NCBI RefSeq assembly: GCF_964194025.1 | Contig: NC_134480.1 | Location: forward strand, 23,560,001 to 23,624,000 | DNA from: Convolutriloba macropyga | Lineage: Eukaryota | Direction of reading: 5' to 3' | Length of the DNA: 64,000 nucleotides | Shown: piece by piece, positions 49,365 to 61,986 of the stretch | How positions within the stretch are numbered: the stretch's first letter is position 1 | Layout: each line of letters opens with the position of its first letter | Notes under the pieces: generated by a model | What the model was told of the DNA's origin: nothing | Seen by the model: the letters and a program-made list of their open reading frames with translations, nothing else | Databases searched by the model: none | Program-made: the position numbers and the translations under genes

Positions 49365-52357
49365 ATACAATGGTCGCACGAAAGTCTCATCCTAGACCCA
49401 AGTTTGGACGTAGAATGGGAAATGGCTGCAGAAAAGTTGTCATAGATCATCAAAAAGATCGAGAACAAAGTTTGAACCTAGTCTGGAAAATAAATGCACG
49501 AAAATCTGGCCAAGGGTCACAAAAAAGTCTGACCTGAGACTAAAGTCTGGACATTGTCTGGACAATGGTTGCACGAAACTCTGGGCAAGGGTCGCACGAT
49601 ACTATTATTCAAATTTACGATGAGTACTATAAGTTGGAAGTCCATAATTTATACAAATTCAAAGTGAATTAAACGTGTATTTAGGAATGTTCTGATCAGA
49701 CGGCAAAGTCGTGAGGATGCGAGGGATTAGAGTTAGCATCACTCTCACTAAAGCCGCACAAAAAATTCGGGTCGCATTAAAGTTGCACAAAAAACTTGGT
49801 CGCACGAAAATCTGATCAGAGGTCTTTTCAGGGGCCTGGCATTGTCTGATCAGAAGTAGTTACGGCCGCACAAAGATCCCCTTTTTTTCCTTGGATCACA
49901 CGAAAGTCTGATCAGAGATAATTTCAGTCTGGTACGGTCTGATCAGAGACCAAAGTCTGGATATAGTCTGATCAGAGGTGGCTTGTGTCTGGGACCTTAA
50001 CCTCTGCTTGGAGTCCAGCGACATAGGGCTTCCAGCACATTGCAGCAGCTGATTAGCTGAACAACACAGGAAAAAAACCACAACAGTTTCCTGAACTGAA
50101 ATTAGATAAATAGTCTGTTAGTATGTGCAGATGCCTTATTGATTTATTTATTAGACCGCTGAGCATTTAAAGTTGACGAACCCTATTCTCCGATGACCTG
50201 TCCAACAAGATTCATTTTCACAGCGGAGTCTCAAAGCAATCAAACAAGATTTGTTTTCACAGATGTTACGCTTTGAATGGTTTTGAAACTGTGCATGTCA
50301 TAAAGACATACTTGATCGTATAACATTTTAAGGACATTTTCCTTGTATTGCGTCCTTATACGTGTTGAATTCCTCCCCAATTACGACATGGGAGTGCAAT
50401 TTAGGGTGCAAATAGAATGCATACCCACTCTGCAACCACTAAACTAGAATACTTTTTGGAGTATTTTTAACCTCTCGGTTATAATCTATCTAATTTGGAA
50501 AGATACGCTTTCAAACTGGGATCTTTTCTGTGTTTTCTCCTCACGCTTAAATGATCGGGTACTATAAAATTTTTACATAGTGATTCACACTCTAATGGCA
50601 CTAGCTCTATAACTTGGTGTCCATAATGTACTGAAGAGTGGCGGGGGGTGGGGGGTGCACACGGAAAAGATCGTTAAAGTCCATTTTTGAGTTCTTAAAA
50701 CTGAAAGAATTATGTTTCTAGAAAACACTCTGAACCCTTAAAACCATGACTGATAAAATTTTATTGCTCTATTTTTTATTAGTAATTAATTGTGACAAAA
50801 TTCAAAGCATCATCTGTTTTTGTGAACCATTGTACGGGTAGCTGCAAAATTGCTAATTCCGTTCTTAATCCACCATTAGTGTTGAAACGGACAATTTTGA
50901 AACTAATGACCAATTAGAATTTTTTATTCGAGTCTAACTGAATCTATCTTAGTTAATAGATAGTAGATACTGCAACCGTGGACAACAGTGATTCATGGAC
51001 AAACGTGACAAGGGCGTGGTCATTATAGTGGAGAAGTCATTGTCGTTCAGGCTTGCCCAGAAACAGTCATCGTTAAAACGTGTGACGATATTATTTCTAA
51101 TCCTGCATTATATATGAACTAAATTTGTTTATGTCCGCACACGTTTATAGCCCTAATCTTAAAATATGGTCCTGAATAAGAGTGTCAAACTCAAAAAAAT
51201 TCATTCGATCAAATGCACTTTTGTACGTATTGGTACCAGACAGCGACATACGACTATAATGCAATTTCATTTGGTGAAATTTTCGTCTTTGAATGCAATT
51301 CCTGTATACTTTTCTTTTCCTCGTTAAATGTTGAAGACTTTTCTTGTATATATTGATCTGTTGTCTTTAGCATAATTTCGGCACCTTCATTTGCAGTTGC
51401 GTATTGATCTTGTCGTCACATGCAATTGCTGTAACATCTGCAATCTGTATTATATTAGAGTTTTTCTATATTTTTCATGAATTACATCGAAATAGAGTGA
51501 AAAAAATAGTGGTCCTGATTTGTCCCTCTCGGCAAACCATGTGGTAAACATAAGGAAGCAAAGTTATAGAAAAATCTTCCTGTAATTTGACCTTTGTTTA
51601 AGGAGACGCTGATAAGCAAAAATATCTTACCTTTCTTACCTTTTAGTGTGTGATATTATTAATGAAGCGTCTGAAAAAGTACTTTATTCTATGTCATGCA
51701 ATGAAAAGTGTTTAAATTCCTTGGTCAACAATAATAACAACAACAATAATATACGTCCACCAACCATTACATCATATTGAAAATCCCCAACAGTGAAACT
51801 ACAACTTGTGACTATTTCAGATTTACTCCGAGCACTGCTTTTACATACTGTTAACATTTGTTCACCATTGTAGATTGTTTTCAGCAGCTATTAGAACAAG
51901 TTCATTCCACAATAAATTTTATGAGTATTATCGGAATATACCAAGCTGATGCATCACCCTGAACGACAAAAGTAGGTTATAAGCAGATGATTTTATCTAA
52001 AAAATTATTAACTTTCCATCTATATCGATTTGTCAGCGCCATTTTAGCGAATTTTTCTTCTTTTTAAAGATCTTGCAAGATAAACATTTTTTCTTGCAAG
52101 ATTTTGCAACATTATCTGTTTATTTTGAAAATGCAAATTATAGATGTAAATGGAGCAGGGCTGCGCACGGTCATTATCGGATATGCGTTATAAGTTCTGA
52201 AATAAAATGTGAGTGGAAAACATCAAACAAACACAATGGGTTATAGAAAAATTGACGGGTAGTTCAATTACTTTAAAACAATAATACATGACAACTTTAG
52301 CCTGGGCGAACTCTACAACCTAAATAAAATAAAAACAATGAAATACAGCAAATGAAG

Positions 52358-55300
52358 TGTTAGAATTTCTATTCAAACTATAGTCTTAAACTTAGTTGGA
52401 TATAATAAAAAGTTTAAGTTACCAGTTAATCAGACAAGAACAAATTGATTCAAGTCACTAATTTGATATAAATGAATCTTCAAGAAATGGTGATGTACAT
52501 CACAATACTAGGTTCAAACTGATGATGCTAGATAGTTGTTGTTAGAGTTAGATTGTTTGATATACAGGTTTCCCACCACGTAATGATTGATTGTGATACC
52601 ACCAAAAATGTGAATGAGTTCTTAGAAAAGTGCAAACGCATTCTACATATGGAATCCTTTGCGACTGAATTCTAGTAATTTTGTAAAAGCAAACCATTTT
52701 GGGTAGCACTTGCGACCCCCACTATAAATCTTGGTGCTAAGATTAGTTTTGTATTGCGACCTCTTCGCATGGACATTAAGTATCTGCACAGCTAATTTTT
52801 AAGTCCAGTTAAATCTCCAAAAATCAAATCATCATCTATTACTGGGATCTCTCCAGAAAATCATTAATTTCTACTGTAAAATATCTTTTTTTGTTACTCC
52901 CTATTTTTTGAGAGATTATTTTTTTACTTGTTTAAAAACGGTTTTATTCGGCTTGCAAATGTCCATAACCCATCAAGCTACGAGCCCGCAGTTTTGCAAG
53001 TCAAAAAACTGATTTATTTTCTAAAACAAAAAAAAATTGTCATTGACAGTCATAATCATTTTCTGCTGAGTAAAAATAATTTTTACTACTGTTTTTCCTG
53101 TTCATTCTACAAGGGTTCAAAAGACAACGAAGCTGGTGACCTACACAGGGGAAACGCCTGACTTTCCAATCTGGAGCACGAGATTTGTGGCGATGATGTA
53201 GACGAAAGGCTGCATCATGGTTGCACAATCACATATTGACAAACAAAGATGCGTCTCTGGACATTGTGCCCATTCAATCAAAGGTCAGAAAACCCAAGAC
53301 GCCTCCATAGTGGTGGGCAGATGCTGTGTAAAAATTACGTACTCTCAACCAAAGGGGAATTCCAATGACATTTAAAGAATGTTTCGTGTGTGTCTGAATA
53401 TTCGTCAAAAGGAGATTTTCGAAAAAGGAAACAGCTACATGAAATTCTAGAAGGGAATTCCTTTAAAACTAACAAAAACCATTTTACTTAACCTACAGAG
53501 TTCTAGAGTTCAAGATGGGTTCCAACAGAGTAAAATTTAACAGTGCAAAGAAGCTGCGCAGTCGATTGGGTCATTCGGGTCAGGCGGATGTGGTCAAGAG
53601 GCACTTGAGACAGTGCGGGAACCCGATGATGTGGGCAGATTGTGCGCATTGGCCAAGATCACAAAGACTCTTTGACTAAGAGTAGCAGGAACCCAAGCAG
53701 AGAAGAAGCTGGAGATAGTGTTCATTGCAGTGATGCAAAAATTCAGAGCAGAGTAAATATCGGGGTTCAGGTTTTGCATTGTTTTTACAGACGGGTACAA
53801 AAAATTGTGTTTGCAGACCTGCTTAGGACAAAGAAGGAATCGCTAGCAAGCCTAAAGAAGTTTGTTCTCAGTGTGGGGACGCCCGAGAAACTGAGACAAA
53901 ACAATGCGAAGAAGTTTCTCCTAGATCAGTTTAAGAAGTACTGCTTATACACAGGCATTATACAGAAGAAGGCAAAACCATAGAAGGCATAATAGATCTG
54001 GTTAGATGAGAGGTGCTACAGGACACTCTCGGAGATGATAAAGTGTTTGCTTAATGACTCAGGACTTCTCAAGATGACGTGGGGAGCAGCATTTCTTCAC
54101 ACAGAAAGGTTCTGAAACTGTGAGACAGATTCCTCGCACAGTTTATGCAAGGTATAAAAGCTAAGTTTTCAATTAGCAAAATCTCTTTTTTTGGTTGTAC
54201 GGTCTTCATGGGGATGAGAGACAGAAATGTAAGCAAAGTTGAATCCAAGGCACAGGAGGGAAGTTATGTGGGTTAGACTGAGGGTGACAATGGATACCTC
54301 GTGTACATAAACAACTCACTTAAGGTTCTGGCAATCCGGGATGTGATCATCAAGGAGACCGAAGGGGGATCAGAGCTTGCCACCACAGAGACGTCTGACC
54401 TAAAAGATGAGGGATCATAATTATTGGAGATTTGGAACCCAGATGATGGTAATCAAGATGATGGCAACAAAAAGAGAAACAGCACATCTAAGGCACTAGA
54501 ATGGAAGGGGCACGAGGCAGAATGCGTGGACACTCAAGAATGGACACATACAAGATGCACCGCAAGTTAAGGAAGATGGAGAATTTAACGCAACAGGAGG
54601 GACTCCCAGAGATGCATAGTGGCCAAATAGAGTGACACAACAAACGTCAAACAGTGAGAGTCTTTTGGCTCCTTTGAAGATGCACTGGAGCAAGCAGTCA
54701 GAACAGAGCCCAGATATGAGACACGAACAAGGAAGGTTCTGCATTTTTTTTGTAGAAGTCAAAACCGAGGGCGAGATTAAAGCAACCCAAGAAAACAAGA
54801 CTTGTGAGATCTAGTAAGAGGAACCGCAGACATGGACTTCATACCGGCAAATATGTCTAAAAAATGAAATTAGGACCAGGTGGTCAAGTCGACAAACATA
54901 AAGCACGATATGAGGCAAAGGGTTTGAAACAAGTGGAGGGCCTGGACTCTTTTGAGATTTTTGCGCCTAATTTCAAGCCAGAGACAATCCGGATTCCTAA
55001 TCATTTTTCAGCAAAGCAGGACCACGTGAGGCAACTTTTATGCCAAGTCGGCTTACTTGTACTCATTAATAGAGGAAGAAGAGTATCCGAAACAGCCACA
55101 GAAGTTTATGAAGCGAGGATCAGATAGAGAGAAGTTAGTATGTCGACCTAATAAACCTATTTTTGCTTCATAACTGGCCGCTATCAACTAGTAAAATGAG
55201 TTGGCAAACATTTTACTGAGAAAAAAGTTAATCGGAAGCAGGAACGACCCCTGTTTGTTCGTGAGAGCAGACTCAGAAGGTCAAACTTTCATCTGGGGTT

Positions 55301-56340
55301 GATGACATCCTAGTGGTTTTAAGAAGCACGACAGCAATCTTCCATGTCAGGAATGCACTCATGGCAACATTCCACAGGAAAAACACGGGAAGACTACACT
55401 GGATTCTGGGACTCTTAATTAAATAAATGTGAAGAGGGCAAAGTCACAATCAACCAAAAGCGCTGCAAAGAAACAATGCTGGTGTGTTTTCAAATGGATC
55501 AAAAGCAAACCCTCCCTCAAGGAATCCAGCTGATATTAGCCTGAAACTTCAGACCGCACAGAGCGAAGAAGAAGAAGTGGATTAGAAGATATACATAATC
55601 TTGGCTGGTTCTCTTTTTTATCTGGCAAAACAGGCAGAAGATAGGACCATTTCAATTCACTAAGTTTTGCACAGAAAAAAAGCAGCGGATATTTTCACAA
55701 AACTTACCCGTATCGAAGTTGGATTTGCTTGGAGCAGGCTCTACGCAATCAGCTGAAGTCTGAGTGAGGGGCTGTTACAATTTCGATTCAAACTACAGTC
55801 TTAAACCTATTTAGAAATTTATAACGTTTATTGTACCAGTTAATCTGACAGGAGGAAATTCATATAAATCACTAATTTGTTCCTCTCGAATCTTCAAGAA
55901 ATCATGCCGTGATTCAATACTCGGTTCGAACTGATAATAGAAAATTTTCAGTAGAGTTGGATTATTTGATGTAGAGTCTTCCACCACGTATTCATTGATT
56001 TTGAGACCACCGGGAACGTTAATGAATTCTTACAAAGCTGCAAATGCATTCTATATATTGCATGCTTTGCGAGTGAATTCCAGGAAAACTGCTGAAGGAA
56101 ATGAGTTTGGGTGAACTCTGCGAGCCCCTCCCTAAGTCATGGAGCTAATATTAGTTTGGTGTTTCGACTTTTTCTCTTTGATTTTGGGTATAAATACAGC
56201 TGATTTTTGAGTCTCTTTTCATCCCCAAAATCAAATCACCATCTGTTAATCAGATCTCTCCTGTAAATCTTTAAATTTTATTGCACAATATCTTTTTGTT
56301 ATTCTTGTATTTTTTTAAGATTAATTCTTTTTACTTTACG
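52358..56340 (+). mobile_element. Ty1/Copia LTR retrotransposon, old and internally deleted; LTRs ~52358-52940 and ~55773-56340
   Basis: Both LTRs begin TGTTA.AATTTC.ATTCAAACTA.AGTCTTAAAC and are colinear; PPT GAGTGAGGGGC precedes 55773. Internal remnants in Copia order: gag YTGETPDFPIWSTRF, SRLGH..CALAK, integrase PEKLRQNNAKKF, RT KHKARYEAKGLKQVEGLDSFEIFAP and VDDILV, RNase H ADIFTK. Confidence 0.9.
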
Positions 56341-57980
56341 CTGTGTTTTTTGAAAAAAAATTACGAAGTGTTTATTATTTTTTTGTGAGCAATTAATTCC
56401 CACGAGCTCTCTACTGTAAAATATAAAGTGTTAGGTTGACTGAATCAAATGGAGTTAATTTTGACAGGATTGAACTTTCAAAAATCTTGCAAGATCTTAC
56501 AGTAAAACATTTTTCTCAAGAATCTTGTACGATCTCAGAAGAACGCTTTCTTGGTTTCTATTGAATAACGTGAAAAAAATGGCAAAAGGGCCGCCAAAAT
56601 ATTTCATCTCAAAATGAGCACCATCATCACAAAAAAGTTGAAGTATTTATGATCTTTCTTCTAAATCAGATCAATTCCAAGCGTATCACTACTTCAGCTG
56701 TATTTGGTCATTCGTGAAAATTACCTGCATCCCGAATAGCTAAAACTAGATAAAAAATGTAAATTTCTAACATTTATTCTCAACATTAAAAAATTTCCAA
56801 AATTTTAGAATGGCAAAAAAACTGCTTTCACTGAGGCTTCATAAGTTGTTTATAGGACTTTCATAAGTTGTTTTTACATAGAGCAATATTAATTCGAAGC
56901 GAAAAAAATCTTAAAAATGAGAAACAAGCAATCAGATTTATGATTCTTATCAACCATAGAAAGATCATATATAGTTAATATTATTCGAAAGCAAAAATTT
57001 TACTTAGTCTAATTATACATGAATAGGTAAGTTCAAAATACCCACATCGCAATCAATAAGTCTTAAAAACATATAAGTTCAATTAATTTAAAAATAAATT
57101 TAAAATAAATTTATTTTCAACGTGCCATCTGCCGAAGACTTAAAACCAATAAGATTTTCTCCCAGATCAGTTCACAACCTTTGCGAACTCATTCCATATC
57201 TTTTCCAAGGATGTCAATCTGCAAGACTACTACGTGAAAAGTCATCAAAATTCATTTGGAGCGGTAAAAAAAATTTCCCACCATTTAAAACTAGGAAATC
57301 AAATTCTACTGAAAACACACAGTCCAATCCCACTATGGAAACGAGAATCAAAAGCGACACATCATGCGCTAGTTTAGGCGCAGCTTTATAGCAACTGACG
57401 CACAAAGCTTGTCAGACAGTTGCATTTGGGTCGCATTTCCTTAACTCAGCATCACGCGTCGCGATTCATTATCACGGCAAAAGTCTCTCCCTTTTCCAAT
57501 AAGAAATGCACCAAATTCTTCAAAGTTTCACGGAAAAAAAATTTTAAAATGTGTAAAAAGCGTAAAAAGTGTTCCGAGTATATTTTTCAATGAAAGATGA
57601 ATTAGTTAATTGAACATCTCAATAGGCTTTTGAACTTTTTATACTCGCAGTTATATAAGCCCAAACGAATTGCCAAATAAATAGGGCTATATTGTTATAG
57701 ATAACACGCTATACCTCGGCTCCGGAGATTTGGTAGATACTTTTTCTTATTGCTGTCACTGTTGCAATAGAAGATTGTTACATTAATTTTTACCCGAAAA
57801 TCAGATAAATATCAGATTACTAGAAAAGACGTTTGAGATCAAACAATAAAATCAAAACAATAAGCAGTTAGGTGCTCCATTTTTTGTCGTTCCGTATATG
57901 AAAAAGAACGGCGACTCCAGATATTATTTACAAAACGAGTTCAGGTGACTAGCGCTTCAGCTTCACGCATGCTGTTATAA

Positions 57981-59261
57981 ATGGACCGATACAAATTTTG
58001 CAAAGAAATTCCTCAAAAGAGTTGTTTACAATCATTTTTGTTGTTATCTGTTATTTTGGTGTTGACAACCGTTCTCCTCCATTTTAACAACAATGCAAAC
58101 TTGGGTTCGCTCTTCAAGCAGTACTCATTTCCACAACCTCATGAGTCACCTGTTATATCTTTGGGGCCAGAATGGCCGGATCTGGCGCTGTTCGTGCCCG
58201 TTTTTCCCGCCGGTGAGGCTGAACTGAACCGGGAATTATTGCGGACTTTAAAATTTTTCTGGCCTCGGCACAGTTTGCAACTAATTTTCCTGGCTGATGG
58301 AGAACTGTCGCCTTCTGTGAAAAATGCATTTGCGGATCGAATCAAGAAGGCAATGGAGAATCACACAAAATCTGTCCAAGTGAAGTTCAACTATATTCCA
58401 AAAGTAGTTTATGGCGGCCGTGGTCATGATAGACAACAATTAATAATGTTCTGGGCCGATAATTTCACCAACGCTGAGTATGTGGGGTTTCTTGACGATG
58501 ATACTATGATCACCAATCATGTTTTACTTGAAGACGTTTTTGACGAGAAAGGTCGACCTCATGTCTGGGGCTGTTCTTCAAAAACTTCAGTTAGATACTG
58601 GCTCAACGTTGCAGAGACCAGCAGGTGGACTGATAACTCGAATGTAGAAATAATGCGAACTATGATTTATTTCGCAGTAGTCGTGAAAACTTCTCATTTG
58701 AAAGAAGTTCGTGACAGTGTTTTAAGACATCGCCCAGAGTTTACAAATTTTGACGACTTTTTTAAACGTGGAATCATAGAAAAAGGTCGAGATTTCAGTC
58801 AGTTTAACATAATGCACCAACATTTGTGGAACCTTAAAAGAGATGAATATAACTGGCATCTTCAACCAATTTCGGCGGAAGACAATCACTTTGAACAGAT
58901 AAATGGGACCACCTACCAAATGTTTGTTCCAAAACCACGATACTCGCTGCATCATAGTTCTGACAGCCGTAAGAACAGGCCTGGTTTTGTTGAAGACGTT
59001 CTCAAAAGAGGTTTTTGCTATTCACTCACGAAGTCGGAATTCGAAGCCAATGGTGAACATAGTCAGTTATGTAAGAATGCCAGCTATACATGGGATGTTG
59101 TATCCAAAACTCCTAATATGGACCAATGGAGATTTGCCCATTTGGACTGGCGATGGGATAAGAGGACAGTTAACGAGCATGTGAAGCGAATCGCTCTGAA
59201 TAGTGCTAGATCTGATTGGAATGAAGAAGAAATCAAGAGCATTTTTTTGCGAAAGTTATAA
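57981..59261 (+). CDS. Intronless type II membrane protein, putative GT-A nucleotide-diphospho-sugar transferase (426 aa)
   Basis: Intact ORF; signal anchor FLLLSVILVLTTVLLHF; stem region; beta-strand LALFVPVF; LIFLAD; GHDRQQLIMFWADNFTNAEYVGFLDDD (DxD after a hydrophobic strand); FSQFNIM; late His (SLHH). Confidence 0.85.
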   Translation: MDRYKFCKEIPQKSCLQSFLLLSVILVLTTVLLHFNNNANLGSLFKQYSFPQPHESPVISLGPEWPDLALFVPVFPAGEAELNRELLRTLKFFWPRHSLQLIFLADGELSPSVKNAFADRIKKAMENHTKSVQVKFNYIPKVVYGGRGHDRQQLIMFWADNFTNAEYVGFLDDDTMITNHVLLEDVFDEKGRPHVWGCSSKTSVRYWLNVAETSRWTDNSNVEIMRTMIYFAVVVKTSHLKEVRDSVLRHRPEFTNFDDFFKRGIIEKGRDFSQFNIMHQHLWNLKRDEYNWHLQPISAEDNHFEQINGTTYQMFVPKPRYSLHHSSDSRKNRPGFVEDVLKRGFCYSLTKSEFEANGEHSQLCKNASYTWDVVSKTPNMDQWRFAHLDWRWDKRTVNEHVKRIALNSARSDWNEEEIKSIFLRKL

Positions 59262-59296
59262 AATCTTAATTTATTTTTTTGTGTTAATATATAATA

Positions 59297-59585
59297 GGAG
59301 CTATTCTGTCCCCCCCCAGTGTTTTTACGCCCCCCCCCCCCAGTGTTTTTACGCCCCCCCCCCAGTGTTTTTACGCCCCCCCCCCCAGTGTTTTTACGCC
59401 CCCCCCCCCCAGTGTTTTTACGCCCCCCCCCCCCCAGTGTTTTTACGCCCCCCCCCCCCCCAGATAAAAATTTTTTGTTGTTATATGGCACGCTCCTATG
59501 TAAAAAAGCATGTGCGCCTGAGAGGCGTAAAAGATTTAAGCCCCTAAGCTGGGGCGGTGGGGGGGGGGGCAAATAGAATAGATCC
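59297..59585. mobile_element. MITE with 3-bp TSD (ATA) containing a CAGTGTTTTTACG(C)n minisatellite (6 units, ~59310-59462)
   Basis: ata|GGAGCTATTCTG ... ATAGAATAGATCC|ata; sits 35 bp after the glycosyltransferase stop codon. Confidence 0.75.
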
Positions 59586-60513
59586 ATAAAATATAGTGTG
59601 TTTGTGTCTTCAAATTAAGCTTAACTATGGGTTTATGTGTCTTATTTAATGTATGATTGCATACCATACTAATTGACTATCTTTTTATAACTGACATACG
59701 TTTCGTAGGACTGAATAAAAAACCACCCAATGCTAAGACCCGCGACATCCTCACCATGTCAATGCCAGGTGTTGGATGCCCATCACTACATCTGCACATT
59801 TTATTAATTCCGCGCAAAATGCTGGATTTACCAAGAACGACACTACCGTATCCAAGACCTTGGAAAGGTCTCGCGCGGTTTTCAAAGCAATCTATATTTT
59901 TTCAGAATAGAGAAAAAGATTCAAAGTGCAGACAAAGAATAGCAAAGACAAAATTGTTTTTGTGTTGCAGTCTTTCTGCTTACAAAAAAATTGTTTCCAG
60001 AAATATTTGTAACGTGGCAGATTCACATCACTTGATTGATTGAGCTCTTATGAGAATCTCCAATTGAAAATATATTCTAGAGAACAATCAACCAATGGTT
60101 CGGTCATAAGTTTTCCTAGAAAAAAAAACTTTCAGAAAACTGCCCCGAAACTAATGGCAGATAATGTTAACTTCGATTTGCGAGTGTTTACCGCAGAGGC
60201 ATCAAGTCTTTTCATCCATTTATTTATGCATTGAAAAAATAATGCTTTGTGGTGGCTTCTACCCCTTGTTAGTGTAGGAACAACGGTCCTCTTGCACTGT
60301 ATCAAGAAGTATTTACTTATCTCCTTAGACTCTACTTGATTGTTTTGCAAAAATGATTTAATTTCAAAATAAAAATTTTTTGCGCCGTTGTTGGTCAATG
60401 GAGATAACTACGTTGTTATTTTACTGATTAATCCCTCTAAGTTTTGGTTGCTCCACTGCAGTTAAAATTTTTCTTTACTGCAGCCAACACTCCATTTGTC
60501 GTCAAATTTTTGA

Positions 60514-60552
60514 TGCTGCTGCAGCTGCTGCTGCTACTACTACTACTACTAC
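60514..60552. repeat. Compound (GCT)n(ACT)n microsatellite
   Basis: gctgctgcagctgctgctgctactactactactactac. Confidence 0.8.
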
Positions 60553-61125
60553 AGCTCTGAACAATGTCGCTGACTCCCTAATTCTTTTCGCTCTCCTTGA
60601 AAATCTCTCTTAAGTTTTCAAACCCCGAATTTCCAAGTTTGAACGTGAAAAAAACCCGAACGTTTCGAAAACTCACGTGTTCGAAACCTGAATTTTCATG
60701 TTTGAACGTTTTTACAAAATGTTAGCATTTTTTTCACTTGACTCTTATTCCAAATATTGATAATCGTAATGACGATAAGATAATCCCCGCTTGGTTTTTG
60801 CCATTACAGTAAAACGCTTTTATGAGGTATTTGATTTCTATTTTCAGTACCATTTTAAGAATCTTAGAAAATTGACAATCTATATGGGTAAATTTTTTAC
60901 AGGAGCTTTGACGTCGACTCATTCATTGAAATACAGCTCATTCATGGAATACGGCTTTATTTAGGGTTGGAAAAACAAACCGCAACCAGTTAAATCTCAT
61001 TTTTTGATAGCTTACTGATTTTGTTTAACTTTTCAAATGACTGCTATCTTTTCGACTGATAAAAATGTTTTCGCTAAGCCTCGTTCGGTGACATCTTTTT
61101 CTGATTTCCCATTACTCCGCAGCTT

Positions 61126-61878
61126 TTATTGTCGTTTGACCCATGAACGAGACCGATAGTGCGTAGCTTTATTGCTTTCAAACAAATGATAATTTAACAT
61201 TGATATTGAAGAGGTATTGTTATTTTTAGATGCATCAGTTTTTCTTTTAGAATCCACACAAGAGTCCCAAAACAGGAGGGATGCGAAAAAAGTTTGATGT
61301 CTTGTGAGTGTTTTCACAATCTAACCTTTTGTTGTCTTGAAACAAGGGCTTAGATTTAGTTTAGTATTTGGGAGACTAAATTGAAAGGACTTATTTTTGG
61401 TGCAATTGAAAAAAAGACAATTCTCTTTGCTATATTTTGATAGCATTGTTGATGACAATTAGCATCTTGGATTGTGTTTGTCGTGGTCGTTAACACGGGT
61501 CAAAGAAATCAATAAGTTGAATTTTAAATTAAATTTTGAACTGAAAGTATACCAAAATTAGCTTGTATTTATAGTAGTTACCTATGCGAAAATATACAGA
61601 GAAAATTTAGATTAACTTAAAACATTTTACATGATTGGCATGTGAGTAGATCTTAACTCCGAATCCCGGAGGTGATTTTCTATATTCATCAATATTTCAT
61701 GAGAATCATATATGGCTTGGGTACAATTGAGTTCATTAGTTGGAGGTCGGTGGATGTTAGAATCAGGTTTCTTTTGGTGGGAGAATTTACCTCTGACATA
61801 TGATTGATAGGTCAATAAGATAATGATAGCGCCAAAACAAAAATTAGAACTGAGTTTAGTTTTTAATTTTGTGGCCAT
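61126..61878 (-). pseudogene. Possible decayed or spliced signal-anchored protein gene next to the Gypsy LTR
   Basis: MATKLKTKLSSNFCFGAIIILLTYQSYV (basic residues then a hydrophobic stretch); ORFs 61627-61878 and 61126-61317 share one frame, interrupted by several stops. Confidence 0.25.
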
Positions 61879-61986
61879 TACTTATCGACACAGCATTAAA
61901 GTTCGTCAGGTAAGTTCTTCTTTCGTTCTGTTTTTGAAACTCTAATAAAGAAAACTTTTAAGTTTTTTGATGATTCTTTGAAACTA

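Larger units (their letters stand above)
48542..50006. mobile_element. CMC/EnSpm-like non-autonomous element (outer)
   Basis: CCCAGGTTAAGGTCCCA.AC ... GTCTGGGACCTTAACC; many GTCTGATCAGA subterminal motifs; right tip degenerate. Confidence 0.65.

Noticed and set aside
59084-59587. Gly-rich or Pro-rich ORFs (167, 114 and 85 aa)
   Set aside because: These are translations of the C-run minisatellite inside a MITE and partly overlap the real gene.
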